64,000 nt of DNA, taken from a virus. The first letter of the stretch is position 1; each line of letters begins with the position of its first letter. Below the pieces are notes generated by a model that was not told where the DNA came from, did no database searches, and saw only the letters and a program-made list of their open reading frames with translations. Shown piece after piece: positions 19,619 to 30,024 of this stretch. The position numbers and the translations under genes were made by a program. The stretch is from positions 2,267 to 66,266 of the IMG/VR virus record IMGVR_UViG_3300020170_000003. One strand, written 5' to 3'.

Positions 19619-20590
19619 ATGACAGAACCACTAAAACAGGATGCAATAGCTCACTACTTAGATGAGGATGTACTTCTGAGTCTAGCAGATGCGCCAGAGA
19701 ACGCTATTCAACAAGCCTCACAAGCCGCTTCTGCCATCATGGGCGTGATTGAGGGTAAACCCAAGGTAGTCACTTTTAATTCGGAAATTTACTTCGAGAA
19801 CGAAGATTGGGTTTTCATAGGTAAATTCTACGGAGTAACGGTTCGCATTGTGGCTGATAGGTATGTCGAGTTCGGAACGGCCAAAGGATTTGAAGCGGAA
19901 GCCGAAGCGGTGCTTTCCTCTACCGGGCAAGTGGTAGGGCGCGCCTTTATGATGTGCCTTGATGACGAAGAAAATTGGGGTGCAGTTCCCAAATACGAAT
20001 GGCAGGATGTGCTTGACGATAAAGGTAATAAAATTTGGGAAGAAAAGATTATTAAAGGGAAAAAGAAAAATCTTCCCAAGAGTGTCAAAGTGAAAGTGGG
20101 AGAGGTCAAAAAGCCGCTATTTCAGTTGCGCTCAATGGCCCAAACAAGATCGTCAAGCAAGGTTCTTAGCATGGTTTTCAAATTCATTCCTGTACTGGCC
20201 AGTAGGGGGGGTAGGAAAGTTTCTTCTACTCCGGCAGATGAGGCAAGCGAAGGCTTCACTAATTCAAATGAAACAGAGCAATCCAATCAGCCCACTCGCG
20301 CCAAGCGTAAGGAAACTCCAGTTGAAGAAAAACCCTATGATCCTGATTGCATTACGCGAGACGACCAAACATTTTTGTACACTGTATCAACAAAATGCAA
20401 ATTGTCTCACGATGAAGTGAAGGCCAAACTTCAAGCGGAATTTAAGGGAAAGGATGGCAAACCACTTAAATCGAGTAGTGATATGTTGAAAAAAGATTTA
20501 CAAGTATACCTTGATTCGGTAGATCAGAAATTCCAATTTCACCCCCCCGCGCCAACCGAAGGACAAGAAGAGCCAGGAGCGAACGGATGA
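19619..20590 (+). CDS. Putative single-strand annealing / recombination protein
   Basis: YFE.EDW..IG.FYG...FEAEAEAV...C..DE.NW...PLFQLRSMAQTR pattern typical of genes next to phage exonucleases. Confidence 0.45.
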   Translation: MTEPLKQDAIAHYLDEDVLLSLADAPENAIQQASQAASAIMGVIEGKPKVVTFNSEIYFENEDWVFIGKFYGVTVRIVADRYVEFGTAKGFEAEAEAVLSSTGQVVGRAFMMCLDDEENWGAVPKYEWQDVLDDKGNKIWEEKIIKGKKKNLPKSVKVKVGEVKKPLFQLRSMAQTRSSSKVLSMVFKFIPVLASRGGRKVSSTPADEASEGFTNSNETEQSNQPTRAKRKETPVEEKPYDPDCITRDDQTFLYTVSTKCKLSHDEVKAKLQAEFKGKDGKPLKSSSDMLKKDLQVYLDSVDQKFQFHPPAPTEGQEEPGANG

Positions 20591-21243
20591 GCCTAGACTC
20601 AGAAGAGTGTTTATCGAGAGAAGAAAAAATATTATCGGCAAAGTTTGTCCAGATTCAATTAATGCCAGCCGAAGTTGCAACTCATCCTATGGCATTGATG
20701 GCTCTTGATGAAAATGGGCATGTTTGGGATTACAACTTTGAGCACAAGTTATGGCATCCGCTTGGCACAAATAGAGCATTGCCAGAGTAAAAGTATCGCG
20801 GTAAGACAAACCGAGGTAGCCATGCCGTTTTATATTAAGCCTGAGAGATTCTGCGAAGACTGCGGGTATCCAATAGATCAATGCGAATGCCTATATCCAG
20901 ACGAGGAAGAAGTTGAATCGGATGAAGAAGTGAGAGACGAGGATTACCTGTAATGTCAATTCGTAAGATTGAAGTTGATTTCGCTTTGCCAGTCGAACTG
21001 ACCGATGACGAGATGCGCGGTTTGTGTGACATAGTGCAGCAGGTGGCCAAACGCCATCAACCTGAAGGAATGGTTCACTGGCAGTTTGGCTGTGGTTCAA
21101 AACCGGTATTCTCTCAGGCAGACTCTTTATTTCTCGGTAAACCAATTGATGATTCCGCTCCAGAAAGCGGCGAACCAACTTATAACGATGAAGTGTTTTA
21201 CATCGAAACAGCTGCCCGTGAATCGTATCCAGGTGATAAATGA
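20587..21243 (+). other. Small hypothetical CDS (20587..20790, ~20822..20953, 20953..21243)
   Basis: Coupled ORFs, no family recognised. Confidence 0.4.
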
Positions 21244-21947
21244 CTCACTCTCTCCAATTCCACGAAGCCGATTCCACTGGAAAGCCTATACATGAATACA
21301 GTGTAGGAGGAATGCGAGTTCCGTATGTGACCTATGTGTTGGATAAGCGCGGGTTCTGTAATTATGCGGACTGCCCAGAAGATTACATGGAAGCCGCAAG
21401 AGAACGCGGCAACATAGGCCATGAAGTAACGCGCTGGTTCGATGAGAAGTATCCAGACTTAACATCAGCAATAAACCTGCTAGGTAATTCCCCTATTGAA
21501 GTTGTGATCGATTATCTGGCAGAACAGTTTGTTAAGGTGTGGCTAGATGAGTCTTTACATCCTTGGTCTATGACTATACTAAAGGCGTGGATATTATTTC
21601 GTTTTGATTTTGAATTCACGCCTTTATTAATCGAAAAGCCGATGGCCTGGAAATTAAACGGGATGATGGTATGTGGAACACTGGATAGATTCGGAACATC
21701 CAAGCTCGGTAATATGGTTATTGACCTGAAATTTACATCCAAGATAGAACGGTCAGTAAAGTATCAATTGGCCGGATACGCTTCCAATCCCGAGCTACAT
21801 GCAAACGGAAAGCGACCACTGCGTTATGCTGCCCATTTCAAGAATGAAAAGTGCATCCCAGTTCCATTCACGCGCACGAAGGATGAGAGTATATTCTCTG
21901 CCGCGTTAGCAATCACTCATGATTTGTGGAATGGTGGCGGTAAATAA
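21240..21947 (+). CDS. PD-(D/E)XK exonuclease (Cas4/lambda-exo-like)
   Basis: ERGNIGHE...IEK...CGTLDR...IDLK...YQLAGY. Confidence 0.75.
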   Translation: MTHSLQFHEADSTGKPIHEYSVGGMRVPYVTYVLDKRGFCNYADCPEDYMEAARERGNIGHEVTRWFDEKYPDLTSAINLLGNSPIEVVIDYLAEQFVKVWLDESLHPWSMTILKAWILFRFDFEFTPLLIEKPMAWKLNGMMVCGTLDRFGTSKLGNMVIDLKFTSKIERSVKYQLAGYASNPELHANGKRPLRYAAHFKNEKCIPVPFTRTKDESIFSAALAITHDLWNGGGK

Positions 21948-21989
21948 AGTCTTTCGGTAAGACTTCCGCCATATTGGGGCATCGCCTAG

Positions 21990-22019
21990 AATGCCTCACA
22001 ATGGGCCACAATTGCCCGT
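21990..22019 (+). repeat. Triple ~10-bp phased repeat upstream of promoter (copy 3 of 3)
   Basis: AATGCCTCAC AATGGGCCAC AATTGCCCGT; begins 107 bp before TTGACA. Confidence 0.65.
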
Positions 22020-22096
22020 AGAGCCATCCGTAGGGGTCGGGGGTGGGGTTCCCAATACCCGCTAAATTTAGCATTTTCCAGAGGCTGAAATAACTC

Positions 22097-22125
22097 TTGA
22101 CAAGGTTATCATAATAATCTAAAGT
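22097..22125 (+). promoter_or_regulatory. Early sigma70-like promoter with operator in spacer
   Basis: TTGACA-17-TAAAGT; GTTATCATAATAAT at 22105-22118. Confidence 0.8.
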
Positions 22126-22409
22126 GTATTCACCGTTAATCAAACGGACAGGGAGAAATTAGCAATGATTCACGTACAAAAAGACCCCCATAGTCATCCC
22201 GATAATATTAGTTATCAGGTTATGGATGGGAGCAAGGTTATTTGCGACAACCTAACAAAAACAGAAGCTAGTGAAATGAGCGCTAGGCTTGAATACAGCG
22301 GCGATACCGAAGGTTACTAAAGACTAAAAAGTCTTACCGCAAGACTTTTAACATCAGGCAAACCAGAAGTAGCGGGCTAAGACAGCGCGCAAGAAAGGGA
22401 GGAAATGAG

Positions 22410-23729
22410 ATGGCGAATGAAAATCAGGTTCCTAAAATTAGGATTCTGGGCACCTTGGCAACATCGAATGCGACATTGGCAGCAGTCACGGCGGATACAT
22501 GCGCTTGCTGGGATGGCCCTGAGTTCGAGAAGGCCAAAAAACTGCTGCGATATGGCACGGAAGTTCAATGTAATGACGCGACAGCCTATGTCGCAGTGAC
22601 GGCATTAGCCTTGGAGATGCTCACACTGGGTCGGAAAGTAAAAGCCAATATCGTAAAAAACTGGTAAACCAGGTGCGCAGGCGGGGCGCACCTGGAAAGG
22701 GGAAATGATGGATAACGATTGGAACGGTATTACTAACGACGGTCAGCCCGTGAGTATGACAACGGCGCAGATGTCGGAATATGCACTGGCGACTAACAAA
22801 CAGTTTCAAATTGGCTGGTCAGATCAGTACACCTTCCCTGATGATTGCTCGACGCTAAGACTACGCGGAGCAAGATTCGTTCGCACTCGCGGAAATGAAA
22901 GTTATGCTGCCTCTGCCGAACGTGCAGGCTGGAAAGACTTGGCTGAAAAATTTAAAGAATACGGGCTGTGAACCGTAGGGGCGCACACGCGCTAAGGGGG
23001 ATTTAATGGCGACACAAATGTCAAATCTGGTTGTGTTAGATCGCTTAGACGAAATCGGAGAGATGGTTTGTCCGTTTTGTGGCGAGGGCGATCATGACAG
23101 GATTGGGCTTAAGTTGCATCTCGAACAGTGGTGCGAGGCTTTCATCAACACGCCGAGAAGTTAATCGGGAGCGGAGTAGGGGGAACAATGGCAACCAGGG
23201 AAGATGCTTTCGAGATTCTAACTGTCGCGCAAAAGCGGTTGTTGGTAAAACTCGCGGATGAGGGGCAGAAATCATTTAACCGCCGCGTGCAGAAGCCTCT
23301 TGAGTTTCTTGAATCGCTCGGCTACGTGACGATTGACTTTCTCCCGCATCCGGGCAATGGCTTTACGATCACAGTTGATATTACTGATCTAGGCTTGGCT
23401 ATAACAAACAAGCACTGGAAGGCTCCAGCGTGGGCCATGCCAAGTAAGCGGAGAGGTATTGCTGTTTGAGCGGCTCCCTGGCCCCACCACCAAAGAGAGG
23501 GAGAAGAAACGTGACGTTTGAAGTTGATTGGGAAGCTCTGATAATGCAGGAGATTGGCAATCAAAAATGCACACGCAAAGAGGTTGCCCATACCTACTCG
23601 GTTCTGCTGCGCTCTCATCCAGCACCACGTTTCGCGCCAATTAATAAGGCAATCGTTGACCGCTGGAGCCTTAGCGGGCTGGAATACATCAAGGAATTAG
23701 CTTGGAAAACAGCGGAAAGACGCGCTTAA
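22410..23729 (+). other. Small hypothetical CDS (22410..22667, 22705..22971, ~23188..23469, 23466..23729)
   Basis: GGAG/GGGG RBS sequences; intergenic 10-bp perfect hairpin at 22669-22695. Confidence 0.45.
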
Positions 23730-23746
23730 ATCGGGGGAGAAACGCG

Positions 23747-24079
23747 ATGACAGAGAGTAAGCACACGCCAGGGCCGTGGAATCTAGAGACGGTCAAGACT
23801 TCTATTGGGGTATGTCATAAGATAGGGCCTCTAGGTGCGTCCACAAAGATCAATTCAGCCTGCCTATACGACGATTGCTATTCGGATAAGCCACGCGACT
23901 TACAACTGTTAGCCGATGCTCACCTAATCGCAGCAGCACCCGAGCTTGTCAAGGCTCTGGAGGCCATCCAGGATGAGTGCGAACATCAGGACTCTTCGGT
24001 TGACCGGGTAATTTACAGGCGCATAGGCTCTGTAGCAAAGGCCGCACTCACCGCAGCCGGGAGAATAGAAGAGAAATGA
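23747..24079 (+). CDS. Conserved phage HTPGPW-family hypothetical protein
   Basis: SKHTPGPW...ADAHLIAAAPELVKALE. Confidence 0.6.
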   Translation: MTESKHTPGPWNLETVKTSIGVCHKIGPLGASTKINSACLYDDCYSDKPRDLQLLADAHLIAAAPELVKALEAIQDECEHQDSSVDRVIYRRIGSVAKAALTAAGRIEEK

Positions 24080-24774
24080 ATCAAGAATTAACTATCCAAA
24101 ATCCCAGCGTTTTTAAACTATTGGCCGACAAGATAAAGCAGAACGTTTCTTCATTCGGAACTAAGCTAGTCAATGTTGAATCTTACAGAGATATATGTGG
24201 AATAATCGCCGGGATTGCCTCATCCAAAAACCGAGTTTCTGAGCATTACGATCCTAAGATCGCCGATGCCCGTGTGCCATACCAAAATTTACTGAATGAG
24301 CGCAAGGAAATACTAGATGCAATGGATCAAGGTCAGACTATGGCCAACCGCCTGAAGTACGATTACGAAGAAGACCAAGAGCGTGTTCGCCGTGCGGAAG
24401 AAATGCGACTTGAGGCAATTGAAAACAAACGTATTCAAGATGAGGCTAAACAATTGGCCGAAGATTTAAAGGCACAAGGTGATAAGGCTGGAGCAAAAGA
24501 AGTTTTGGCCGAAGCCAAGGTAACAACGGCAACTATTACCGTTCCATCTGCTGTCCCGTCCATAGCAGGAATGTATACAAAAAAGGCCACATGGGAATAC
24601 GAGATAATCGATGCGGGGAAAGTGAACGAATCCTATCTGCACAAGGTTCCAAATGAGGAAAAGATTGCGGAGTTGGTCAAGCGTTTGGGATTGGGTGCAG
24701 AGCAGTTAATCGGAAAAGGCTCAATCAGAATTACCAAGAAAATTCCTAAGACTGTCGTGAGGGGAGCGAGGTAA
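24076..24774 (+). CDS. Coiled-coil protein of recombination modules (Gam/Gp157-like role)
   Basis: Long charged helix plus C-terminal WEYEIID..KV.ESYL...NEEKI motif. Confidence 0.45.
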   Translation: MNQELTIQNPSVFKLLADKIKQNVSSFGTKLVNVESYRDICGIIAGIASSKNRVSEHYDPKIADARVPYQNLLNERKEILDAMDQGQTMANRLKYDYEEDQERVRRAEEMRLEAIENKRIQDEAKQLAEDLKAQGDKAGAKEVLAEAKVTTATITVPSAVPSIAGMYTKKATWEYEIIDAGKVNESYLHKVPNEEKIAELVKRLGLGAEQLIGKGSIRITKKIPKTVVRGAR

Positions 24775-25161
24775 TGAACGATCAGGAACGTACATGGTGC
24801 GCTAATGCGATTCATCGCGGCGGTAGCTTCGTACATGCTCTGGGCACTGCATGCTTACAGGCGGATGACAGCAACTTTATTATCCTTAGACCAGCCCTAA
24901 GGGAAATTATGGAAAAATATCCGAAGTATTCAGAGGAGTAATCATGCCTTGGGATGTACGAATAATCGCCAAATTCCCGCACCTTACTGATAACTCGGAT
25001 AACGCAGTAGCCATCCGTGCGCTAACTTGTAAGGCATATACGAATCACATGCCAGAGCATGATTGGGACGAAGTAAATCCAATGGTGCGAGATCACTGGT
25101 GCACGATTACTGCATCATTGCTTCAGGTTATGGGAAAGCAAAAAGTCTCGCCGTAAGACTA

Positions 25162-25191
25162 TTGACAATGTGGCATCGGGTGAAATAGTAT
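25162..25191 (+). promoter_or_regulatory. Promoter of the replication operon, immediately preceded by a 17-bp dyad
   Basis: TTGACA-18-TAGTAT; dyad at 25144-25160. Confidence 0.65.
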
Positions 25192-25197
25192 TTCTTT

Positions 25198-25291
25198 ACG
25201 GCTTCCACGCCTAAATGGGTTTCCACGGGCCAGAGCGGTCACTCTGGCTCACCCTTTTGACCGAAAGGGAACTTTTATGGATTTACAATCC
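25198..25291 (+). ncRNA. Putative structured leader RNA with complementary loops
   Basis: Hairpin 25227-25250 (9-bp stem, loop CGGUCA) and hairpin 25252-25269 (6-bp stem, loop UGACCG); flanking mini-hairpins GGC-UUCCAC-GCC and GGAUU-UAC-AAUCC. Confidence 0.5.
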
Positions 25292-25448
25292 GACGCTTAT
25301 TTTCTCGAAGAATCCCCTATAGTAAGTGATAGTAATCAGCTCATTCATAGTCCTCCTTCTATTGTTGCCCTGTAGCTTATTCCTAATAAATTGCAAGAGT
25401 TGTAAGACTTTTATTTTTTTGTTTTCAAGATAAGGACGAGTTCCCGCC

Positions 25449-26399
25449 ATGACAGACGGTATGAAGGATTCTCTTGAGCAGGTAGTGGATTTGATAGGAG
25501 ACATTCTCTCCGACAGGACAATAGCTTTCCGTAGAGACTTCGTGGAAATAGCAGGCAGCGCCGCAGGTGCTCTATTTTTATCCCAGGCAGTTTATTGGAC
25601 AGGAACTAAATTAGATGGATGGTTCTACAAAAGCCGGGATGAATGGACATCCGAAACTGGACTTACAAGGTATGAGCAGGAATCGGCTAGGGTAGCACTT
25701 AAGAAGATCGGAGTGCTGGAGGAAATAAGAAAGGGATGCCCCTTTCAGCTTCATTTTAAGATTAATGTAAAAGAGATTTATCGCATACTATCCGCTAAAT
25801 CCAGCATAAAGCATTCGGGTAATAACAGCCGTCATTCGGTTGGAAGTAACCTGATGGATGGTGGTAGTGCACCCGTCCATTCGGTTGAAAACAACCAACC
25901 CTATAAGGAAGCAGAGATTACTACAGAGAATACTTCAAAGATTACACATAAGACCATCAATGAAGATTTTTCTTTAGTAGGAGAGGAAAGTAACGGGAAA
26001 CCCAAAAAACGTACAAGGGTGTTAAATATAGAACTCCCGCCGTGGCTTCCCCTCGAAGAATGGAATGGATGGCTTGAAATGCGCATCAAGATGCGTAAGG
26101 CCGCTACCGATCTTGCTAAAAAGTATGCACTTGAAGAGTTGGATACCCTGAGAATACAGGGCGAGAATGTGCGCGAGGTAATTAGGAAGGCAATATCAAA
26201 AAACTGGCTTTCTTTTTATGCTGTGAATAACGGCTATTTCAACGGCAACGGCTCCCACAATGGCCAGCAATCGCTCACAAATGGCGCAGGAGCGACAACT
26301 AGGCTACTAGACCACCTACCGGGGCCTGAAGAGACACAGAGGCGTAGGGAAGCCGACAACAAGCGATTGGAAGAAAAAAGAATGGCAAGGGGAATATGA
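25449..26399 (+). CDS. Replication initiator (lambda O-like, N-terminal wHTH)
   Basis: AGALFLSQAVYW...WFYKS..EW..ETGLTRYEQESAR..L N-domain; LPPWLP.EEW..W..MR C-domain; upstream of DnaB. Confidence 0.75.
   Translation: MTDGMKDSLEQVVDLIGDILSDRTIAFRRDFVEIAGSAAGALFLSQAVYWTGTKLDGWFYKSRDEWTSETGLTRYEQESARVALKKIGVLEEIRKGCPFQLHFKINVKEIYRILSAKSSIKHSGNNSRHSVGSNLMDGGSAPVHSVENNQPYKEAEITTENTSKITHKTINEDFSLVGEESNGKPKKRTRVLNIELPPWLPLEEWNGWLEMRIKMRKAATDLAKKYALEELDTLRIQGENVREVIRKAISKNWLSFYAVNNGYFNGNGSHNGQQSLTNGAGATTRLLDHLPGPEETQRRREADNKRLEEKRMARGI
25812..25888 (+). repeat. Possible origin iterons inside the initiator gene
   Basis: CATTCGG at 25812, CATTCGGTTG at 25833 and 25878, in the low-complexity linker. 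Confidence 0.3.
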
Positions 26400-27106
26400 C
26401 ACTAGAACAGCTCACAAAATTCTGTAATGGCCATCAAGGAATCACAAAAGAACCATTTGGTATCGACAAGTGGCGAGTAGCAACGGATGGCGTCGTGCTG
26501 ATTGCCGAAAATGGATTAAGCCCGATTAAACTGCCCGAACTTGAGGCATGCAACAACCGAGATTATATCCTGAAAATGCTTTCTGTTGAAATTCCAGATC
26601 AACTCTATTCCTTCGAGCATTTGAATGGATTTCTTAGCGGGGAAGAAACTGAGTTAGTTCACCCGGTATTTTTCAATGGCCATGCCATAGATAAATCCAG
26701 ACTGCGTAAAGTGTTTTCTGTCTGCATAGAGCGATACCGCTTTGCGGTGAGCAATCAAGGCTGCTATCATTGCTTCCATTTTTCATTTGGCAAAGTAACC
26801 GCGCTTGTCATGGGAATGAGGGACATTGTTAGTGCGATACGTTACGAGCCAATCAAGTATCCACTAGTCTCACAGTAAGACTTTATGGCTGAATTTCCCA
26901 AAACTTCCGAGGCTCTGTACACGGCTGGATATCGTTTCAAAAATAACAGCTATTGCAATAGCAGGGAATGTGCGGCTGAAATTCAGTGGTGGACAACGCC
27001 AGCGGGTAAAAGTATTCCGCTAGATCACGGAACGTTAGAACCTCATTGGGTCACATGTCGAGATGTAAAGAGATTTAGAAAGCAAGTCTTACCGCAAGAC
27101 AAATGA
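26396..27106 (+). other. Two hypothetical CDS (26396..26878; 26885..27106, Zn-finger-like)
   Basis: Second has C..REC.AEIQWW.T..GK.IPLD...HW.TC pattern. Confidence 0.5.
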
Positions 27107-28461
27107 AAAACGGAACCAAGAGAGCGCCCTCAAAATCCGATTACGAACTAGGCCCACAGTTGCCGCATAGCTTAGACGCGGAAAGGGCCATACTGGGAGC
27201 AGTAATCCTTAAAAATGAGTGCTGGTTCCAAGCTGAAATCATGTCATATCTGGATTTTTATTTACACGCTAACCAGATAGTTTATCTGCGGATGGCGGAA
27301 GTGATTAGCAGTGGCAAGCCGGTAGACTTCATAACTCTTGGAGAGTGTATTTCGTCGCATAAAGAACTAGCGGAAATCGGCGGCGACAATTATTTGATGT
27401 CCCTGACCGATGGACTTCCAAGAGTAGGCAACATTGAGCAGTATGTAAATATCGTTAAAGACAAAGCGGCACTACGTAGGCTGATAAGCGTTTCGCAAAC
27501 CGCAATCCAATCAGCTTACGATCAGGCGCAGCCAGCAGAAGAAATAATGGCCGAAGCAGATCGCGCTATATGTGAAATTCAGGGGCACGGTAAGAGTAAG
27601 CCTAGCCACGCTTCCGAGATAGCAATAGAAATCAAGCAAGAATTTACGAGGGTAAGAAGCATTGATCCATCCAATGCGGCCATCGGGTTATCGGCGGGGT
27701 TAGCCGGACTGGACAAAGAAATACTTGGATACCATAAAGGCGAGATGGTACTGATAGCGGGGGAAACCAGTAGCGGTAAGTCCACGCTTATGCGTCAAGG
27801 CGTGCTCAGTAACATATTGCTGAAAATTCCTACGCTCATCTTTAGTTTTGAAGTCAAGCGCAGGCAGCTCATTACGAATTTGTTAAGCCCCATATCGAAT
27901 ATCAGCGGAATGAAGCTGAGGGATTTTCGTGAGTTGGACGATCAGGCCCATGTTTTAGGTAAGAAATCCGAAGTTGAAACATTTTTTTCTTACCTTGCAG
28001 ACACGGCAATTTGGCCTCTATGGATCGAAGACGATGTGAGGAATAGCCACATCTCGAAAATATGTTCCATAGCTCGAATGATGATACGCAAGCATGGAAT
28101 TGAAAGCGTGTGGCTGGATCAGGCGAGTCTTGCGCGGGGAACGGGCGATTCAGAAACGGAAAGATATGAAGATATTTCCAAGGGCATGGTCGGGCTAGCA
28201 CGGTCGGAAAATGTACAGGTAGGGGTATTGTCACAGCTGACATCCGACAAAGAGCGGCAATCGTTAAAACGGCCACCTCGTACAGGCGACGTTAAATGGG
28301 CAAAGAGACTTGAAGAAGATTCAGCTACGGAGATATTTCCATGGAAAGACGAAAACGGAAATCGCTGGTTAATAATCGGGAAGCAGAGAAATGGGCCGCT
28401 CAGTAAAATTCCGGTAACGCTGGACAGGGCAATATTATTGTTCGAGGATGGGCATAAATGA
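27103..28461 (+). CDS. dnaB: Replicative DNA helicase, DnaB family
   Basis: DnaB NTD; Walker A AGETSSGKST; FSFE; LSQL; KQRNGP arginine finger; Walker B region divergent (WLDQASL). Confidence 0.9.
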   Translation: MKNGTKRAPSKSDYELGPQLPHSLDAERAILGAVILKNECWFQAEIMSYLDFYLHANQIVYLRMAEVISSGKPVDFITLGECISSHKELAEIGGDNYLMSLTDGLPRVGNIEQYVNIVKDKAALRRLISVSQTAIQSAYDQAQPAEEIMAEADRAICEIQGHGKSKPSHASEIAIEIKQEFTRVRSIDPSNAAIGLSAGLAGLDKEILGYHKGEMVLIAGETSSGKSTLMRQGVLSNILLKIPTLIFSFEVKRRQLITNLLSPISNISGMKLRDFRELDDQAHVLGKKSEVETFFSYLADTAIWPLWIEDDVRNSHISKICSIARMMIRKHGIESVWLDQASLARGTGDSETERYEDISKGMVGLARSENVQVGVLSQLTSDKERQSLKRPPRTGDVKWAKRLEEDSATEIFPWKDENGNRWLIIGKQRNGPLSKIPVTLDRAILLFEDGHK

Positions 28462-28610
28462 AAAAGTGGGAATGCTCTCAAGTCGAATATGCTATTTCCG
28501 ACCTAGAGGCACTACGTGATTTTAACCCGCCAGAAGAAGTGCATAAACCTAAACTTGATAGGGTCATAGATAGGCTTTATAAGTTATTGTCAAAGGTTAG
28601 CAAATAACTC

Positions 28611-28673
28611 TTGACATCCTGTTTTATATAATGATAACGTGCGAGAGTAGACTAAAAGTCTTACTGTAATACT
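28611..28673 (+). promoter_or_regulatory. Promoter carrying both operator types
   Basis: TTGACA(28611)-18-TAACGT; reverse GTTA-N6-TAAC-like site 28625-28638; 17-bp dyad 28657-28673. Confidence 0.6.
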
Positions 28674-28704
28674 CCAAAAATGAAAGGGTGTGAAGGTTAA
28701 GGTT

Positions 28705-29745
28705 ATGGCGACGAAGAAATCAAAGAAAAATAAATCAAGCAAATCGGACGCAATGCGACGTATGCGCGAAGGTGCTCCAGCGGCGGGTGAGGAAACTGAA
28801 CCACGTGAAACCAAGGCGCAAAAAAGGAAGCGCGAATCCGCAGAAAAAAAAGAAGCGCTCAAAGAAGCAAAGAGAATCGAGAAAGAAGCGATTAAGCTTC
28901 AACACGAAGCCAATAAACTCGCTAAAAAGACAGAACGTGAGCAAAAAGCCGCTGCACGTAAGGTCGAGAAAGAAGCCAAGCGCAAACCTAAGACTGGCGC
29001 ACTCACGATTGAGCAAGTCGTATCGTTAGGCGATAGCGCGATTGTGCAAACTCTGCCTGAATTGAATGAAGAGCAGAGGATTTCCTTAGCTGACAAGGGC
29101 GATGCCGAGATCAGGAAGCTTGAAGGGCGCTTCATTTCGGCGGCGATTATCATTCGTCAGTTCATGGTCTATGAACTATGGAAACTGGCGCAAAATCCAG
29201 AAACCGGAAATCGCGGATTCAAGTCCATCGAAAAGTGGGCAGCGTCAGCAATGCCAATGTCGCGCTCCGAAAGATTCAAGGCGATCAAGGTTGCTGAGAA
29301 TCTTGTGCCACACATTCCCGAAGAGGACTTAAAGAAAATGTCCTCTCGCAACCTACAATTGCTGGTGAGTGTGCCTAAGGCTAAATTGGCTGACCCCGAA
29401 ATTATCAGCGCGGCCAAAGGGTCAGAAACCAAACTTCGCAAGACTGTAAATAAAAAGGCACCAGAATCCGGCATCGAAGAATCCGAGCACATTTTAGTAC
29501 CTAAGTCCATCCGTGCCTCATTTAATGAGGCCATTGAAGCGATTACTGCCCTACATGAGCTTGGCGATAGATATGAAGCCATGGAAGGACTGGCGATTTA
29601 CTTCATGCAGGGACAGACCGAGCATCCTGATTTTGCGGGAATGAGCAACCGAGATGCCTATAACGCGCTGAAGGATCGAGAAGAGGATGGCGATCCCAAT
29701 CCGGAAGAACAAGAGCTGCACGTCAATGGCGAGAAGACGGCTTAA
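28705..29745 (+). CDS. Putative DNA-binding protein (Lys/Glu-rich N-terminus, central HTH-like region)
   Basis: ELWKL...GFKSIEKWA...MSRSERFKAIKVAE..V..I.EE.L..M resembles DUF3102/ParB-associated HTH regions. Confidence 0.45.
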   Translation: MATKKSKKNKSSKSDAMRRMREGAPAAGEETEPRETKAQKRKRESAEKKEALKEAKRIEKEAIKLQHEANKLAKKTEREQKAAARKVEKEAKRKPKTGALTIEQVVSLGDSAIVQTLPELNEEQRISLADKGDAEIRKLEGRFISAAIIIRQFMVYELWKLAQNPETGNRGFKSIEKWAASAMPMSRSERFKAIKVAENLVPHIPEEDLKKMSSRNLQLLVSVPKAKLADPEIISAAKGSETKLRKTVNKKAPESGIEESEHILVPKSIRASFNEAIEAITALHELGDRYEAMEGLAIYFMQGQTEHPDFAGMSNRDAYNALKDREEDGDPNPEEQELHVNGEKTA

Positions 29746-30024
29746 CAAATAATTCGCATGTCCCAGACACGGCTTGCGAACGATAGGCGGGGTAGGTCAA
29801 TTTCCCAAGAGTTGATTTATCCCGCTTTAAATCTTGGGAGAAAACTAGATGCAAAAAGTCTTACCGCAAGACTCTGTGTTATTCCAGCCATCTTTAAATG
29901 GTCTACGGGCCAAATCGACAGGAAAATACCGCGAAAGTGCCGAGCCAATCATAAAATTATTACTATCCCTAGCGGAAGATGAGCGCATGATTCAGTTCTT
30001 CTTGCTTTTGTCCCGGAGCACGAA

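Noticed and set aside
21240-21947. Cas4 as part of a CRISPR system
   Set aside because: Solo PD-(D/E)XK exonuclease in a phage recombination module; no array or other cas genes
25198-25291. HDV-like or hammerhead ribozyme in the leader RNA
   Set aside because: UCCACG resembles an HDV L3, but no P3/P1/P2 nesting could be built; no CUGANGA/GAAA core
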